Shown here: positions 18,386-30,525 of the stretch, piece after piece
How positions within the stretch are numbered: the stretch's first letter is position 1
Layout: every line of letters starts with the position of its first letter
NCBI GenBank assembly: GCA_951406725.2
Contig: OX597824.1
Span: forward strand, 88,164,001-88,228,000
Source: Octopus vulgaris
Taxonomy: Eukaryota
Direction of reading: 5' to 3'
DNA: 64,000 nucleotides
Program-made: the position numbers and the translations under genes
Notes under the pieces: model-generated
What the model was told of the DNA's origin: nothing
Seen by the model: the letters and a program-made list of their open reading frames with translations, nothing else
The model's database searches: none

Positions 18386-18745
18386 TTTTCAAACTCCACC
18401 CGTCTAACACCCGTGGACATATTTACAAAGTTAGAAAACAGCACAGCTCCCATGACTTCAGGAAACATTTTTTCACGCTGAGAGTTGCTGAAGCATGGAA
18501 CAAACTGCCGGCATCAGTTGTTAGTTGTCGGAGCACTGCATCCTTCAAAACTTCCATGCTTCCTGAGATTCGCCAACACTACACCTGATTTTCTCCCCTC
18601 CATACACACGCAAGCATGTATCTGACTCATACATTGTTTGCTTTCCAGACATTTGTACATTACTGCATGTACTTTATATGCACTTTTGACAAGTTGTGGT
18701 GCACCTGAGCACTGTATACAATAATTTCATTATTATTATTATTAT
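18386..18745 (+). mobile_element. CR1-like LINE 3' end
   Basis: SNTRGHIYKVRKQHSSHDFRKHFFTLRVAEAWNKLP plus (ATT)n tail; same family as 31310-32318. Confidence 0.85.
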
Positions 18746-18793
18746 ATAAGACTTCAAGTTAAGTCACCAGTTTGAGGATACCTTTCTCCCACC

Positions 18794-19210
18794 CAGGACT
18801 GGATTAAGACCCACAGAGGCCCTTAGCATTTAAAAGACTTTGGTGCTCTCATACATATGTAATTCAAAATATAAACAATAATAAACCATGAAATAAATTT
18901 TTATTTTTCAAAACGAAACAAAACTCAGAGTAAGATGGGAAAATAATGTTTATTTTTGTATACTTCCACTTTATTCTGGAAAAGTTTTCTCCTGCTTATT
19001 TTTAATGGTGGTCTTCAATCAAACCCTTACTATGGCACCATGAGCACTTAGAAATTTTACTTCAGATCATATAAACACTTCAAATATTCTTTTAGCAAGT
19101 TTAAAGTGATTTCTTTTGTGCCATAAACCATTTACCATTTCTGTGGCACCCTGCCCTCCCTTGATGCCCGAATCATGTGCTTAGTTTGCTTTATGGCTAA
19201 TCCAGTGCTG
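18794..19210. mobile_element. hAT-type MITE
   Basis: TIRs caggactggatta / taatccagtgctg; 8-bp TSD ctcccacc / ttcccacc. Confidence 0.75.
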
Positions 19211-19352
19211 TTCCCACCAATCTCAGAAGCCTTGTAAAAGAATCTCGGACATGATCTTTCCAGTAGCTTAACAGGACAGAGTGTCACATGGAGGGTCCAC
19301 CTCAGACAAAGCTATTATGACGGTGGGGGATAGCACTTTTTGCATCTGCTTT

Positions 19353-20557
19353 GTAAGCTTGTATAGCCTGTGGGTGCCCAGGGGCTGGAGGTGGACTTCA
19401 AACTCAAGAGCTACCCAGGTGAAACACACTCTAGCTACACCTCTGGATTCTTCCCACCTGAGTAAAAGACTAAAAAAATATAAGATGTAAGCTTGTATAG
19501 CCTGTGGGTGTCCAGGTGTTGGATGTGGACTTCAAACTCAAGAGCTACCCAGGTGAAACACACTCTAGCTACACCTCTGGATTCTTCCCACCTGAGTAAA
19601 AGACTAAAAAATATAAGATGTAAGCTTGTATAGCCTGTGGGTGTCCAGGTGTTGGATGTGGACTTCAAACTCAAGAGCTACCCAGGTGAAACACACTCTA
19701 GCTACACCTCTGGATTCTTCCCACCTGAGTAAAAGACTAAAAAAATATAAGATGTAAGCTTGTATAGCCTGTGGGTGTCCAGGTGTTGGATGTGGACTTC
19801 AAACTCAAGAGCTACCCAGGTGAAACACACTCTAGCTACACCTCTGGATTCTTCCCACCTGAGTAAAAGACTAAAAAAATATAAGATGTAAGCTTGTATA
19901 GCCTGTGGGTGCCCAGGGGCTGGAGGTGGACTTCAAACTCAAGAGCTACCCAGGTGAAACACACTCTAGCTACACCTCTGGATTCTTCCCACCTGAGTAA
20001 AAGACTAAAAAAATATAAGATGTAAGCTTGTATAGCCTGTGGGTGCCCAGGGGCTGGAGGTGGACTTCAAACTCAAGAGCTACCCAGGTGAAACACACTC
20101 TAGCTACACCTCTGGATTCTTCCCACCTGAGTAAAAGACTAAAAAAATATAAGATGTAAGCTTGTATAGCCTGTGGGTGTCCAGGTGTTGGATGTGGACT
20201 TCAAACTCAAGAGCTACCCAGGTGAAACACACTCTAGCTACACCTCTGGATTCTTCCCACCTGAGTAAAAGACTAAAAAAATATAAGATGTAAGCTTGTA
20301 TAGCCTGTGGGTGTCCAGGTGTTGGATGTGGACTTCAAACTCAAGAGCTACCCAGGTGAAACACACTCTAGCTACACCTCTGGATTCTTCCCACCTGAGT
20401 AAAAGACTAAAAAAATATAAGATGTAAGCTTGTATAGCCTGTGGGTGTCCAGGGGTTGGAGGTGGACTTCAAACTCAAGAGCTACCCAGGTGAAACACAC
20501 TCTAGCTACACATCTGGATTCTTCCCACCTGAGTAAAAGACTAAAAAAATATAAGAT
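19353..20557. repeat. Tandem array of nine 133-134 bp units
   Basis: Units start at 19353, 19487, 19620, 19754, 19888, 20022, 20156, 20290 and 20424; two internal variants. Confidence 0.97.
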
Positions 20558-21611
20558 GTTGCCTGGGTGGCTGTGTGGGAAAAAGTTTGCTTTCCAACTA
20601 CATGCTTCCTGGTTCAATCCCACTGCGTGACACCTTGGACAATTTGTCTACAACAATACAAATATAAAATATTGCCTGCTCTTTAAACCAAGAAATAAAA
20701 CCCTTGAGAGGATTGTTCTTTTTGGTTAGTCCCAGGTGAGCTTGACTAAACAGATTTAGCTTTTATTGTTTATATCTTATTTGTTTCACTCATTAGACTG
20801 TGACCATGCTGGAGTACAAATTTTAAGAATTTTAGTTGAACAAATTGAATTCAGGACTTTTTTTTTTCATCCTGGTACTTGTTCTATTGATCCCTCTTTT
20901 GCTGAACAGCCACGTATTGGGGACGCAAACAAACACCAAGAATTTGGACCTGGAGATTTCCATTTCCAGCGACTTCGAGGGGCACCTCCCAGTGGTGTCG
21001 AGCATCAACAAAGAACCCTCAACTACAACAAGACAACCAAAGTTTTTTTTTTTCCCAAGGTCTGGGGTCTCCCACCCCTAAGCCCTAGACCATCACCTAA
21101 TCACCCTTACCCGTCTTGTTGCTTAACAACAACAAAAAAAAAGCAGTGGGGGGGAACAAATACACACACACATGACAGGCTTTTTGCAGTTTCCACCTAC
21201 TCAATGCACTCACAAGACTTTGGTTGGCCCAAGACTATAGTTGTAGAAAATTGTCCAAGGTGCCACACAGTGGGACTGAACCCGGAACCATGTGGTTGAG
21301 AAGCAAAGATTTTTTTCACACTGCCACACAGGTATTTTATCCACATCAATATTATCTCATAAATTCTTCCATTTTTTTATTTTTTATTTTTGAGACGGTA
21401 AAATGATTTGAAGGCGATTTGGCTGCTGTTTCCAACTGATTAAGCAAGTGTAGAAAGGCTCCTGTATTCGCTCAAGAAAACCATTCTTGCCATTGTTTTT
21501 TTTATATGTATTTCACCACAATCCAGACATTGTGGCACAACCATTCGGTCACTGGCTAATTTGGCATCACTGATCCAATGCTGATTTATTTCACATCAGA
21601 CATTTTAATAT

Positions 21612-21845
21612 TTGCAGCATGGAAGGTGTTTGTAAGCCATTTAAGAAACACACAAAAATCGTTAGATTCACTTCAACATTTAAATTTAATTTCCCAAAAT
21701 ATTTTCGTCGCTTTGAGACCACAACCTGTTCACTGACAAAACTTCGTGCTGCATCTCTAAACACCTTCCACGCTGCAATTGATTTCGTTCCAGCACACGA
21801 TCTCAGATCAAGTCACTTGCTATGCAAGTACATCTCCATAATTTT
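21612..21845. mobile_element. Penelope-like terminal repeat in partial inverted arrangement, containing a variant hammerhead motif (21690-21740, - strand)
   Basis: Same family as 39750-39830 and 46250-46460; 21760-21845 is the inverted copy of the segment seen at 46250-46335. Confidence 0.6.
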
Positions 21846-22879
21846 AATATTTCTTTCATTTCAATGTTTTCTCTCTCCCCTCCCTCTCCCACTCTCTCTC
21901 TCTCTCTTCCTCTTCTTCTCTCCCCTCCCTCTCTCACCTCTTCCTCTCTCTCTCCCCTCCCTCTCTCTCTTCCTCTCTCCTCTCCCTCTCTTCCTCTTCT
22001 TCTCTCCCCTCCCTCTCTCTCTTCTTCTCTCCCTCCCTCTTCTTCTCTCTCCCTCTTCCTCTCTCTCTCCCTCTTCTTCTCTCTCCCTCTTCCTCTCTCT
22101 CTCTTGTGACTCATCTGTCCACAAAGATCAATTTTCCAACTCACTGGTGATTCATGGCAGTGGTCACACTCAATGGAAGAGGTTAAAACGATGGCCCAAA
22201 TGGAAAATGATTTGTTTTTTTAGTTTTATATTCTCATTTTCTCAGTGCTGTTTAGAATAGATGACGTTTCAAGGAATGTCTGATAAGAATGTCTGCTTGG
22301 CAGTGGAAAGGGTATCCAGTCATAGAAAATCTGCCTCGCCAAATTCCACCCGACACATGCTAGCATGGAAAAGCAGATATCAATGGTGATGTTGCTGGTG
22401 ACCACACCAACAGCAGTGTTGGCAGTTGCGGTGGTGACCGTGGTGGTGTGGTGGTGGTGGTGCTGCTGCTGGCCACACCAACTGTGGTGTTGGTAGTTGT
22501 GGTGATGGTGGTGGTCATGGTGGTCATGGTCGTGGTGGTGGTAATGGTCGTGGTGGTGGTCGTCGTGGTGGTGGTCGTGGTGGTCATGGTGGTGGTGGTG
22601 GTCGTTGTGGTGGTGGTCGTGGTGGTGGTAATGGTCGTGGTGGTGGTCGTTGTGGTGGTGGTGGTGGTCATGGTGGTGGTGGTGGTCGTTGTGGTGGTGG
22701 TCGTGGTGGTGGTAATGGTCGTGGTGGTGGTGGTTGTAGTGGTCGTGGTGGCAGTGCTCGTGGTGATGGTGGTCGTGGTGGTCGTGGTGTTGGTCGTGGT
22801 GGTGGTGATGGTAGTGGTCGTGGTGGTAGTAGTGGTCGTGGTGGTTGTGATGATGGTTGTCATGGTGGTGCTTGTTTGT

Positions 22880-23245
22880 TTGTTTGTTGAGCGAAGCTGT
22901 CTTCGTCCCAGAGTGGGAGAAGTCCGAAACATGGTCCTTTGCTATTCGTAAGACCCGCAGAAGAGAAAGCAGGTCAACCCCCGACACCGAGAGCATCGAC
23001 GGATGGATGAATGCGCATCCAGGCTCAGGGGTTGCGTAAGAAGTCGGGGACAAGAAACAGGAAGAAAGAGTGAGAGAAAGTTGGGGCGAAAGAGTACAAC
23101 AGGGGTCGCCACCACCCCCTGCCGGAGCCTCGTGGAGCTTTAGGTGTTTTCGCTCAATAAACACACACAACGCCCGGTCTGGGAATCAAAACCGCGATCC
23201 TATGACTACGAGTCCGCTGCCCTAACCATTGAGCCATTGCACCTC
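22880..23245 (-). mobile_element. SINE family D, tail type 1
   Basis: Reverse complement of 49071-49457. Confidence 0.85.
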
Positions 23246-23976
23246 CACAGTGGTGCTGCTGCTGGCCACACCAACTGTGGTGTTGGTAGTTGTGGTGGTG
23301 ACAGTGGCAGGGGTGTTGGTGGTGGCCACTCTGACAGTGAAGTTGGCCGTCTTGAAAGCTTATGAGGGTGGGCTGAAAAGTTCCGAGGCTGGCTATGAAG
23401 AAGTGATACTAGAACCATAAAATCTTGCAGGCATTAATTCCAACTCTTCTTATTAATAACTGCATTGTTTCCTTCCAACTAAACTAACATCTGACTGTTC
23501 AAAAAAGACTTCAAAAGTAACTGGTAGTGAATTCTCTTGGAAATGGACAAAATTTGACAATGCAGAGCTATCAAGTACCTGCAGGAAAAGGGTTTAGTCC
23601 CCAAGGATATTCATGCTGACATGGTTGTTTCATTAGGGGATGACACTCCAGCTTTATCAACAGCACACAAGCGGGCAGCTGAATTTAGGAGGGGAAGGGA
23701 GAGTCTCGAAGATGATCCAAAGTCTGGATGTCCTGCAACCACCACCGAGGAAAACATTGATCATGTGCACCACATGGTGATGGATGACAGGTGATTGACT
23801 ATAAATCAAATAGCCAATGCTGTTGGCATATCTAGTGAGAGAGAGTTGAGAATATTCTGCACAATGAACTTGGCTAGATGAAGGTTTCTGCTCAGTGGGT
23901 GCCACATCTTCTGACACCTGACCAAAGATACACCAAGCTGATCACAGCTAGTTTTCTCAAACGTTTCCTAACCCAG

Positions 23977-24256
23977 TGTGGTGTTAGCTGTGTTATGGGC
24001 TGTGATGAGCAATGTGGTGTTGGTGGACAGGATGACAGGTGAGAAGGATGGAAGTAAGGCTTGCAGGGGCCGGCGGAAGAGTGAAAGGGACATGGGTGGG
24101 CAGGAAGCACGTGTGGTCAGTTCCAGCAAAGAGCGCAGAGCGAAAAGACATGTTGAATTTGTGAGAGTGACCACTGATTTCGCCGAGGTAAGGCCTTTTA
24201 TATTTCTTTCTCCCGTTGCTTCTTTTTCTGTTGTCCTTTTCCTCCATCACCCTACA
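23977..24256. mobile_element. Solo LTR inserted in the mariner
   Basis: TG...CA termini with 5-bp TSD CCCAG (23972-23976, 24257-24261); removal restores the transposase FLTQDE segment. Confidence 0.8.
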
Positions 24257-24451
24257 CCCAGGATGAGTGTTGGGGGGGGTCATCAGCTTTGAGCCAGAGA
24301 CAGAGAGACAATCCATGCAGTAGACACACCCATCCTCACCTGCTCCAAAGAAGGCCCAGGTCGTTTCATCTGCAGGGAAAGTGATGACCTCAGTTTTTGT
24401 GGATACAAAAGACATTGTGTTTATTGACTATCTTCAAAAGGGCCACACAAT

Positions 24452-24891
24452 TGTAGTGATGCCCTTTTGGAAGTCTTTAGCGTGCATGTGCAGAGGTGGA
24501 TTTCTTCCGGTAGGCCGCTGGAAGTTCCCTTATGCAGCAAGATTTCCCGCTGGATCAACCTTTTTTGAAGCTGCAGCCAAATTGAATGGACACATCCTCA
24601 TGGCTCTCCCAAGCAAGCCAACACGTGGAGAATCCACTCTACGCTGGAACGAGACAGCATTTGGCTCACACAATTTAACTACTGTGACTAGTTCCATGGC
24701 CCATGGCTATCGGTTCGCCCTGAATGAAATATATATATATATATATATTATTGCGAATCCAGAAAAATAAATATTATTTATTGCTGTTGAAGATATTCGA
24801 AGTCTTGGTTTTTCCTTTTGACAAATGATTTAATGTAACAGGATAAGATCTGCACCCCTCAAGTATTCCAGAGACCTTACATCCTGTTACA
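24452..24891 (+). mobile_element. Second solo LTR inserted in the mariner
   Basis: TGTA...TACA termini, 4-bp TSD CAAT (24448-24451, 24892-24895), internal TATA and AATAAA; removal restores KGHTINGKYYANLL. Confidence 0.82.
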
Positions 24892-25427
24892 CAATCAATG
24901 GAAAATACTATGCCAACTTATTGGGGCAGTTGCAAGAGGCTGTCAAAGCCAAACAACCAGGAAAACTGGTAAAAGTGGTCTTCTTTCATCAGGACCATGC
25001 TCCTGCACACAAGTCCTTGACTTTAGTGGCTGCTGTCCATGACTGGCTTTGAACTGGTTGATCTCTGTCCTTATTCTCCTGATTTGGCCCCGTCTGACTA
25101 TTATATGTTCCCTAACATGAAAAAGTTCTTGGCTGGGAAGCAGTATTGCAGTGATAGTGATATCATATCTGCTGTTGACTTTTTTGACCAACAGGATGAA
25201 ATCTTCTTTACAAATGAGATTCAAGTACAGCAACACCAATGGAAATAGTTTGGGGACTGCAAAGGGGATTATGTTGAAAACTAAAGCTCATTTGGTCACA
25301 TTGTTGGTCAGCCTAAGAACTTTTCAGCTGACACTTGTATGTTAGGAAATTTCTTTTTTTTTTTTATTACTTGTTATCAATCATGGTAGATGAAAGAAAT
25401 CTTATTCATTTATTTTAATTTTTCATT

Positions 25428-25640
25428 TCGCCAGCCTCGTCTGGCACCTGTGTCGGTGGCACATAAAATCACCCACTACACTCTCGGAGTGGTTGGCGTT
25501 AGGAAGGGCATCCAGCTGTAGAAACACTGCCAGATCTGACTGGCCTGGTGCAGCCTTCAGGCTCTCCAGACCCCAGTTGAACCGTCCAACCCATGCTAGC
25601 ATGGAAAGCGGACGTTAAATGATGATGATGATGATGATGA
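25428..25640 (+). mobile_element. SINE family C (3' end ...ccatgctagcatggaaagcggacgttaaa(tga)n, RTE-like tail)
   Basis: Copies also at 5078-5238, 33405-33722, 35539-35880, 40680-40995, 52865-53150, 54045-54520, 54800-55235, 58360-58610, 62335-62540 and 62930-63115. Confidence 0.85.
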
Positions 25641-25897
25641 TTTCATATCAGTTATTCAAATATCTGATACAGACTGTTAATGTTAGTTCTTACCCAAACC
25701 ACAGTAGCACACAATTTTCTTCATTTTCTTTTTAGCCAGTGTCAGAAACTTTTTTTTCTATTGCCATTATCTATCACTGTGACAGATAAGAGAAGAAATC
25801 ATTATTATATATTTTCAGTTTTGTTCTTCTTTCTTAAAGTTCTAATTTCCTTTTCTTAGCTTTGTTTTGTGTCCAGTTCTAATTGAACAGGCTTAAA

Positions 25898-26083
25898 TGA
25901 GGAGGTTCTGAAAAATTATTGGCTTTGGATAAAAGAAAATACATGATTTTATTCGACATATTCCCCTATCAGGTTCACACACTTAATGCAACGGTCCTTC
26001 AGTTTCTCTAAGCCCTGTAAAAGAAATCGGGAGGTTGAACCACAAACGAGACCTTTTGCTAGGAACTTTTTAACACCCTCTCG
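25898..26083. mobile_element. Mariner-derived MITE
   Basis: Degenerate TIRs tgaggaggttctgaaaa / ttttaacaccctctcg-TA resembling those of the element at 23363. Confidence 0.55.
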
Positions 26084-26494
26084 TAAGCAGGGACGTACTT
26101 GACATGACAATATCTTTAGGAATAAAAATGCCTATATTAGCTTTATTTCATTCATATACACATGCTATATTTAAAGCCTTGTTAAAATTTTGTGTGGTGG
26201 GAATATTATTCATTGTTACTGTGGGACACACGATATTCGAGACAGTAAAGGAGTGAGATATAATTTACCTTTTCTAGAATATTTGATTAGATAAATCTTT
26301 CATTTCAAATTTAAGATGATCGGTTGTGATTTATCGTAGATCTGGAGTTAACGCTTGGGAACTCCTTCGTCGGTTCAAATTCTGTTAGGCGGTCACTAAT
26401 ATCAGGCAACAACTCTTTGAGATTATCACAGGAGTTATTTCCCTTACAGAAATTCCCGACTAAAATATTTCGATCTTAAATTTTCGATCAAAAT

Positions 26495-27880
26495 GGTGAG
26501 AGTTGAGAGGGAAATTTTGTCTAGTGAACGTTTCAAAAAAAGATGGGTAAATGTAGCAAGGATGGCATTCGCACGTGCCATTTTTGCCACATTCACCCAT
26601 CTTTTTTTGAAACGTTCACTTGACAAAATTTCCCTCTCAACTCTCACCTTCCTCTCCAAGTGATACTTGAAGAAGTTGATGAGAGATTCACCAGAGAGGA
26701 AAGCGTTTGTCTCTAGACCTTTCAGACGCGTCCACCATACACATTCTTTCGCCATAGCCACAAGTACGATGAAAATGGCTCTTCTTTCCCGTTTCAAGGA
26801 AGGAGGCATGACAATATTCACAATAGACTTGGGTTGATAAACTGACTCGTCCCACATGCGATAGCAGTCGTTCGACATAGGCCCACAGGTCAGAAATGGT
26901 TGAACACTGTACAAGTGTGTGCAGAACGGTTTCATCGCTCTGACCGCATCTCGAGCAGGTCGGCTCTGTGTTTCTCGAGCCATGCCTGTAGAGCTTATCC
27001 CGAACGGGTAGCACTTCTCAATAGCACTGCCAGGCCATGGATCTCTGGAAGTTGTCCATAGGTCCCAGCCTGAAAGTCGTTTTGAACAGGCAGGTCAGGT
27101 ATTCCTCGTCGATGCCCAGGTTCGCCCCAAGATTGTCGTCGTACTTCCCCTCTACTAATCCCCTATAGAATGCTTTGGTTGTGTTGTAGTCGCTCAAGGT
27201 TGACCCGGGACGGCATAGTTGCTCAAGAACAACACAACACTCACAGTGCAATTCGCCCTTCCTTGGCCTCTTTTTGATCCACGACTGCAATTCGATCATC
27301 GAGACAACCTGCGGAAAAGCGCGCCTCACAAACGGTGACTACACCTGTTCACCATCGTTTACGTAGAGCCGGAGATGTCACAGTCTCAGTGTGTGCCTGC
27401 ACATCATCAACCACAGCATGCCCAGCCCTCCTTTTAATGGGTGTTGGCAGCAAACAGATCGCCTGACCATCTGAACTCATTCCTTTCCACAAGAAGTGGA
27501 AGAGAATGATGCGTTCCAAGGCAAGACGGTCAGACGGTAGTAGATGATGGACACGGTGTACATGTTTGCCACCTCCGCCCAACCTTTTAGGGACAGCTTC
27601 CTCTCGGCCCATTGCCAGGCGAGAGTGACCATCCTACTCATTATCTCGTTCCAGTTCTTCTCCATTTGGCGGTCCGGACCAAACAAGACCCCAAGCAACT
27701 CGACCGGAACGTTGGTCCAGCGTCCCACAATGGAGGCATTGTTGGACAGCATGGGCTTGCTTCTCCAGGTGAAGAGCCGCAATCCCACTGACTTTTCCTG
27801 GTTGATTTTCGCTCCTGTTACCGCTTCGTAGTCTTTCGGTGTCTCGCCGACCAGCTCGATGTGCTCTTGGCTAGACACTA
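26495..27880 (-). mobile_element. Tx1/L1-clade LINE ORF2 3' fragment ending in a fold-back
   Basis: GAKINQEKS, KLSLKG.AEVAN, and LPVRDKL...CSRCGQSDETVLHTLVQC zinc knuckle; frameshifted; 26495-26648 is an inverted duplication with about 70-bp arms. Confidence 0.85.
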
Positions 27881-28773
27881 TTTAGTTACCTAGAAATTAT
27901 ATTAAAAACTGCCGTTCAAACCGAAAAGATCCCACTTTTAAACTTCGTATACTAGTAGAATGTGTTTATAAAACATCTTTTTCTCTTGGCTTTCTTGAGA
28001 AAATTCTATGATTTGTAAGATATTTGTTGTTGTTTTTCATCAATTTCTGCAATTTCAACCAATCACTAACGTCTATTGAGGTGAAAACATTCTGTGCCGT
28101 ATGATTATATCCCTCGTTTAAAAAACAGATTGGGTTTATTTACATTTCTGAAGAAAAAAAAAGATACCCTTCCCCCCACACCTAACCCTAAAACAGATTG
28201 AAATGCAATAGATCGATACTAGGGTTATAATTATGGGTGACAATTTCATATGACACCGCTAGAAAAAACTGCCGTTCAAACCGAAAAGCTCCCTGATTTC
28301 ATCGATCTAAAAAATGTAAACAAATATATACGCGCGCACACACTCACATGCATATGTATATACAAGCATAAATGTATATAAATAGGTATGCGCATGTATG
28401 AGTATATGGACAATTCCTCGCAAAAGGAGACAAAAACTTTAAAAAATTGTAATAAAACTGGGATCTTTTCCCTTGAAAGTGTTTAGTTACAAAAAATTAA
28501 TTTCTCGATCTGCCGTTGAAAGGGAAAAGATCCTAAAACTGTGCCACCGTGATTTATCTGTTGTTACGTTACCCATAAGCCGATTTAATTTTAAAAAGTT
28601 GTGGGACTTTTTGTAGTTGTAGTCATGTGACTACGCCTGTCACCTTGGACCCAGTCGAACTTATGACAATTTGACTGCTAGTACACACTGGAGGAATCCA
28701 GTTCCATCCTTGAGAAATTTTTTTAGTTACCTAGAAATTATGTTAAAAACTGCCGTTCAAACCGAAAAGATCC
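27880..28773. repeat. Dispersed repeat cluster with recurring aaaactgccgttcaaaccgaaaagatcc motif and a telomere-like ccctaa tract (possibly Helentron-associated)
   Basis: Motif at about 27905, 28265, 28510 and 28745; a related TTAGGG-containing piece occurs near 47690. Classification uncertain. Confidence 0.5.
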
Positions 28774-29047
28774 GAAATCAGTAAAACACGTTATACTTTC
28801 TTGGATACACATACACATTTATAAAATTGCAATAAGCCTAAGTTTCAGCTTCGGAGACGACAAATATTTAGCTATGATCTGTTGTTCATCCCCTACAAAG
28901 TTCAAGTGTACTCTTACAGCTTTAGATATCTAGAACATGCTTACTGCCACACATGCAGACATTCTAGACCGCACCTACAAAATCACTTGTTGATGATGGG
29001 GAAATGTTATGTCGCTAACACAATATATTATATACATTTTGCGGTAC

Positions 29048-29354
29048 TACTAGTGAACAGTGGTCCCGGTGCGCGCCCTCGCGCAGTCGTGCATCTGCGC
29101 TAGCTAGTCGTGACTAGTCGATCCTACAACGACTACCTTAGCAAAGTAAATAAAACACAAAATAAATAATTTTTTTTACACAAAGTAAATAATTTTTGTT
29201 AAACAAAGTAAATAAAACACAAAAACACAAAGTAAATCATTTTTTAAACAAAGTTAATAACACACAAAAACACAAAGGATCGACTAGTCACGACTAGCTG
29301 GCGCGGATGCGCGAGTACGCGCGTGCGAGCACCGGGACCACTTGTTCGCTAGTA
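29048..29354. mobile_element. MITE with about 80-bp GC-rich terminal inverted repeats
   Basis: tactagtgaacagtggtcccggtgc...gactagtcgatcct mirrored by aggatcgactagtc...gcaccgggaccacttgttcgctagta; A-rich internal repeats. Confidence 0.8.
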
Positions 29355-29694
29355 GAACCCATTTTGCTTTGTTTTTGTTCTTTCTTCCTAATCTCACATT
29401 GACAGTGTCTGCTTCTCTGAACAAAGAATGAAATCCACTAACTCTACCCCGGTACACTTCGCCATCCCTATTTTGTTTGTATATATAAAAAAAAAGACAG
29501 CATATCTTATACAATTTCTTTCTAAGCTCCAAAACATGTAGACTTATATCTTCTCTGTTCTGAACTCAAGTACACAAAATTGCTACGAATCTATTTCCTA
29601 CCACGAAAACCAATTCAAAGCATTTTATATTTCCTTCTCTCCATATTGATTTGGGAATTCAGTCTTAATGTTATCTTGTGTAGGAGATATACCA

Positions 29695-30240
29695 TTACGT
29701 TCTGAGTTCAAATTCCGCCGAGGTCAACTTTGCCTTTCATCCTTTCGAGGTCGATAAATTTAAGTACCAGTTACGCACTGGGGTCGATGTAATTGATTTA
29801 ATCCCTTTGTCTGTCCTTGTTTGTCCCCTCTCTATATTTAGCCCCTTGTGGACAGTAAAGAAATAAGTATTTCGTCTGTCTTTACGTTCTGAGTTCAAAT
29901 TCCGCCGAGGTCAACTTTGCCTTTCATCCTTTCGGGGTCGATAAATTAAGTACCAGTTACGCACTGGGGTCGATATAATCAACTTAATCCCTTTGTCTAT
30001 CCTTGTTTGTCTAATCTATGTTTAGCCCCTTGTGGGTAGTAAAGAAATAGAAATAGGTATTTCGTCTGTCTTTACGTTCTGAGTTCAAATTCCGCCGAGG
30101 TCAACTTTGCCTTTCATCCTTTCGGGGTCGATAAATTTAAGTACCAGTTACGCACTGGGGTCGATATAATCAACTTAATCCCTTTGTCTATCCTTGTTTG
30201 TCCCCTCTATGTTTAGCCCCTTGTGGGTAGTAAAGAAATA
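29695..30240 (+). mobile_element. Three head-to-tail SINE family B bodies
   Basis: The unit of about 185-190 bp (tacgttctgagttcaaattccgccgagg...gtaaagaaata) is repeated three times. Confidence 0.9.
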
Positions 30241-30299
30241 TATTATTTATTGCGTCATGTTCACTAAGTTATTTCCGCTTTCAGTCTCATAAAACAAAC

Positions 30300-30525
30300 T
30301 TCTCTATATAATATTTAAAGACCCCATTTCCCCGCCATAAATCAAAGAAACCTTCGAGCATTTATAGACGTCCTCCGCTCTCTTCGAACTCTCTAACAAA
30401 AAGGCCTTTCCCCAAGCGAGAGCTCCAAAAAATCTTTTCCCCAAGCGAGAGCTCCAAGTATTTAAGTATTCGCCAGTTATCTTCCCTTGAAGCAACTGAT
30501 TATTCCACGAAAAAGAAATTTGGCG
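30300..30525 (+). promoter_or_regulatory. Candidate promoter and non-coding first exon of the BAF gene
   Basis: Unique CpG-containing sequence ending in donor GCG|GTAAGT (30526); YY1-like CCGCCAT near 30332. The BAF ATG exon has an acceptor only 9 nt upstream of ATG, so an upstream exon is expected. Confidence 0.4.

Larger units (their letters stand above)
23363..25337 (+). mobile_element. Decayed mariner (D,D34D) transposon carrying two nested solo LTRs
   Basis: TIRs tgagggtgggctgaaaagttc / gaacttttcagctgacacttg, TA flanks; motifs WVPHLLTPDQ, QDECW, HQDHAPAH and YSPDLAPSDYYMFPNMKK; many stops and frameshifts. Confidence 0.92.

Noticed and set aside
19353-20557. CRISPR array or retrozyme tandem
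   Set aside because: Units are contiguous with no unique spacers, there are no cas genes, the context is eukaryotic, and no hammerhead core could be folded on either strand.
22226-23170. 314-aa His-rich protein
   Set aside because: Composite of SINE D, a (CAC/GAC)n repeat and a SINE C-like remnant.
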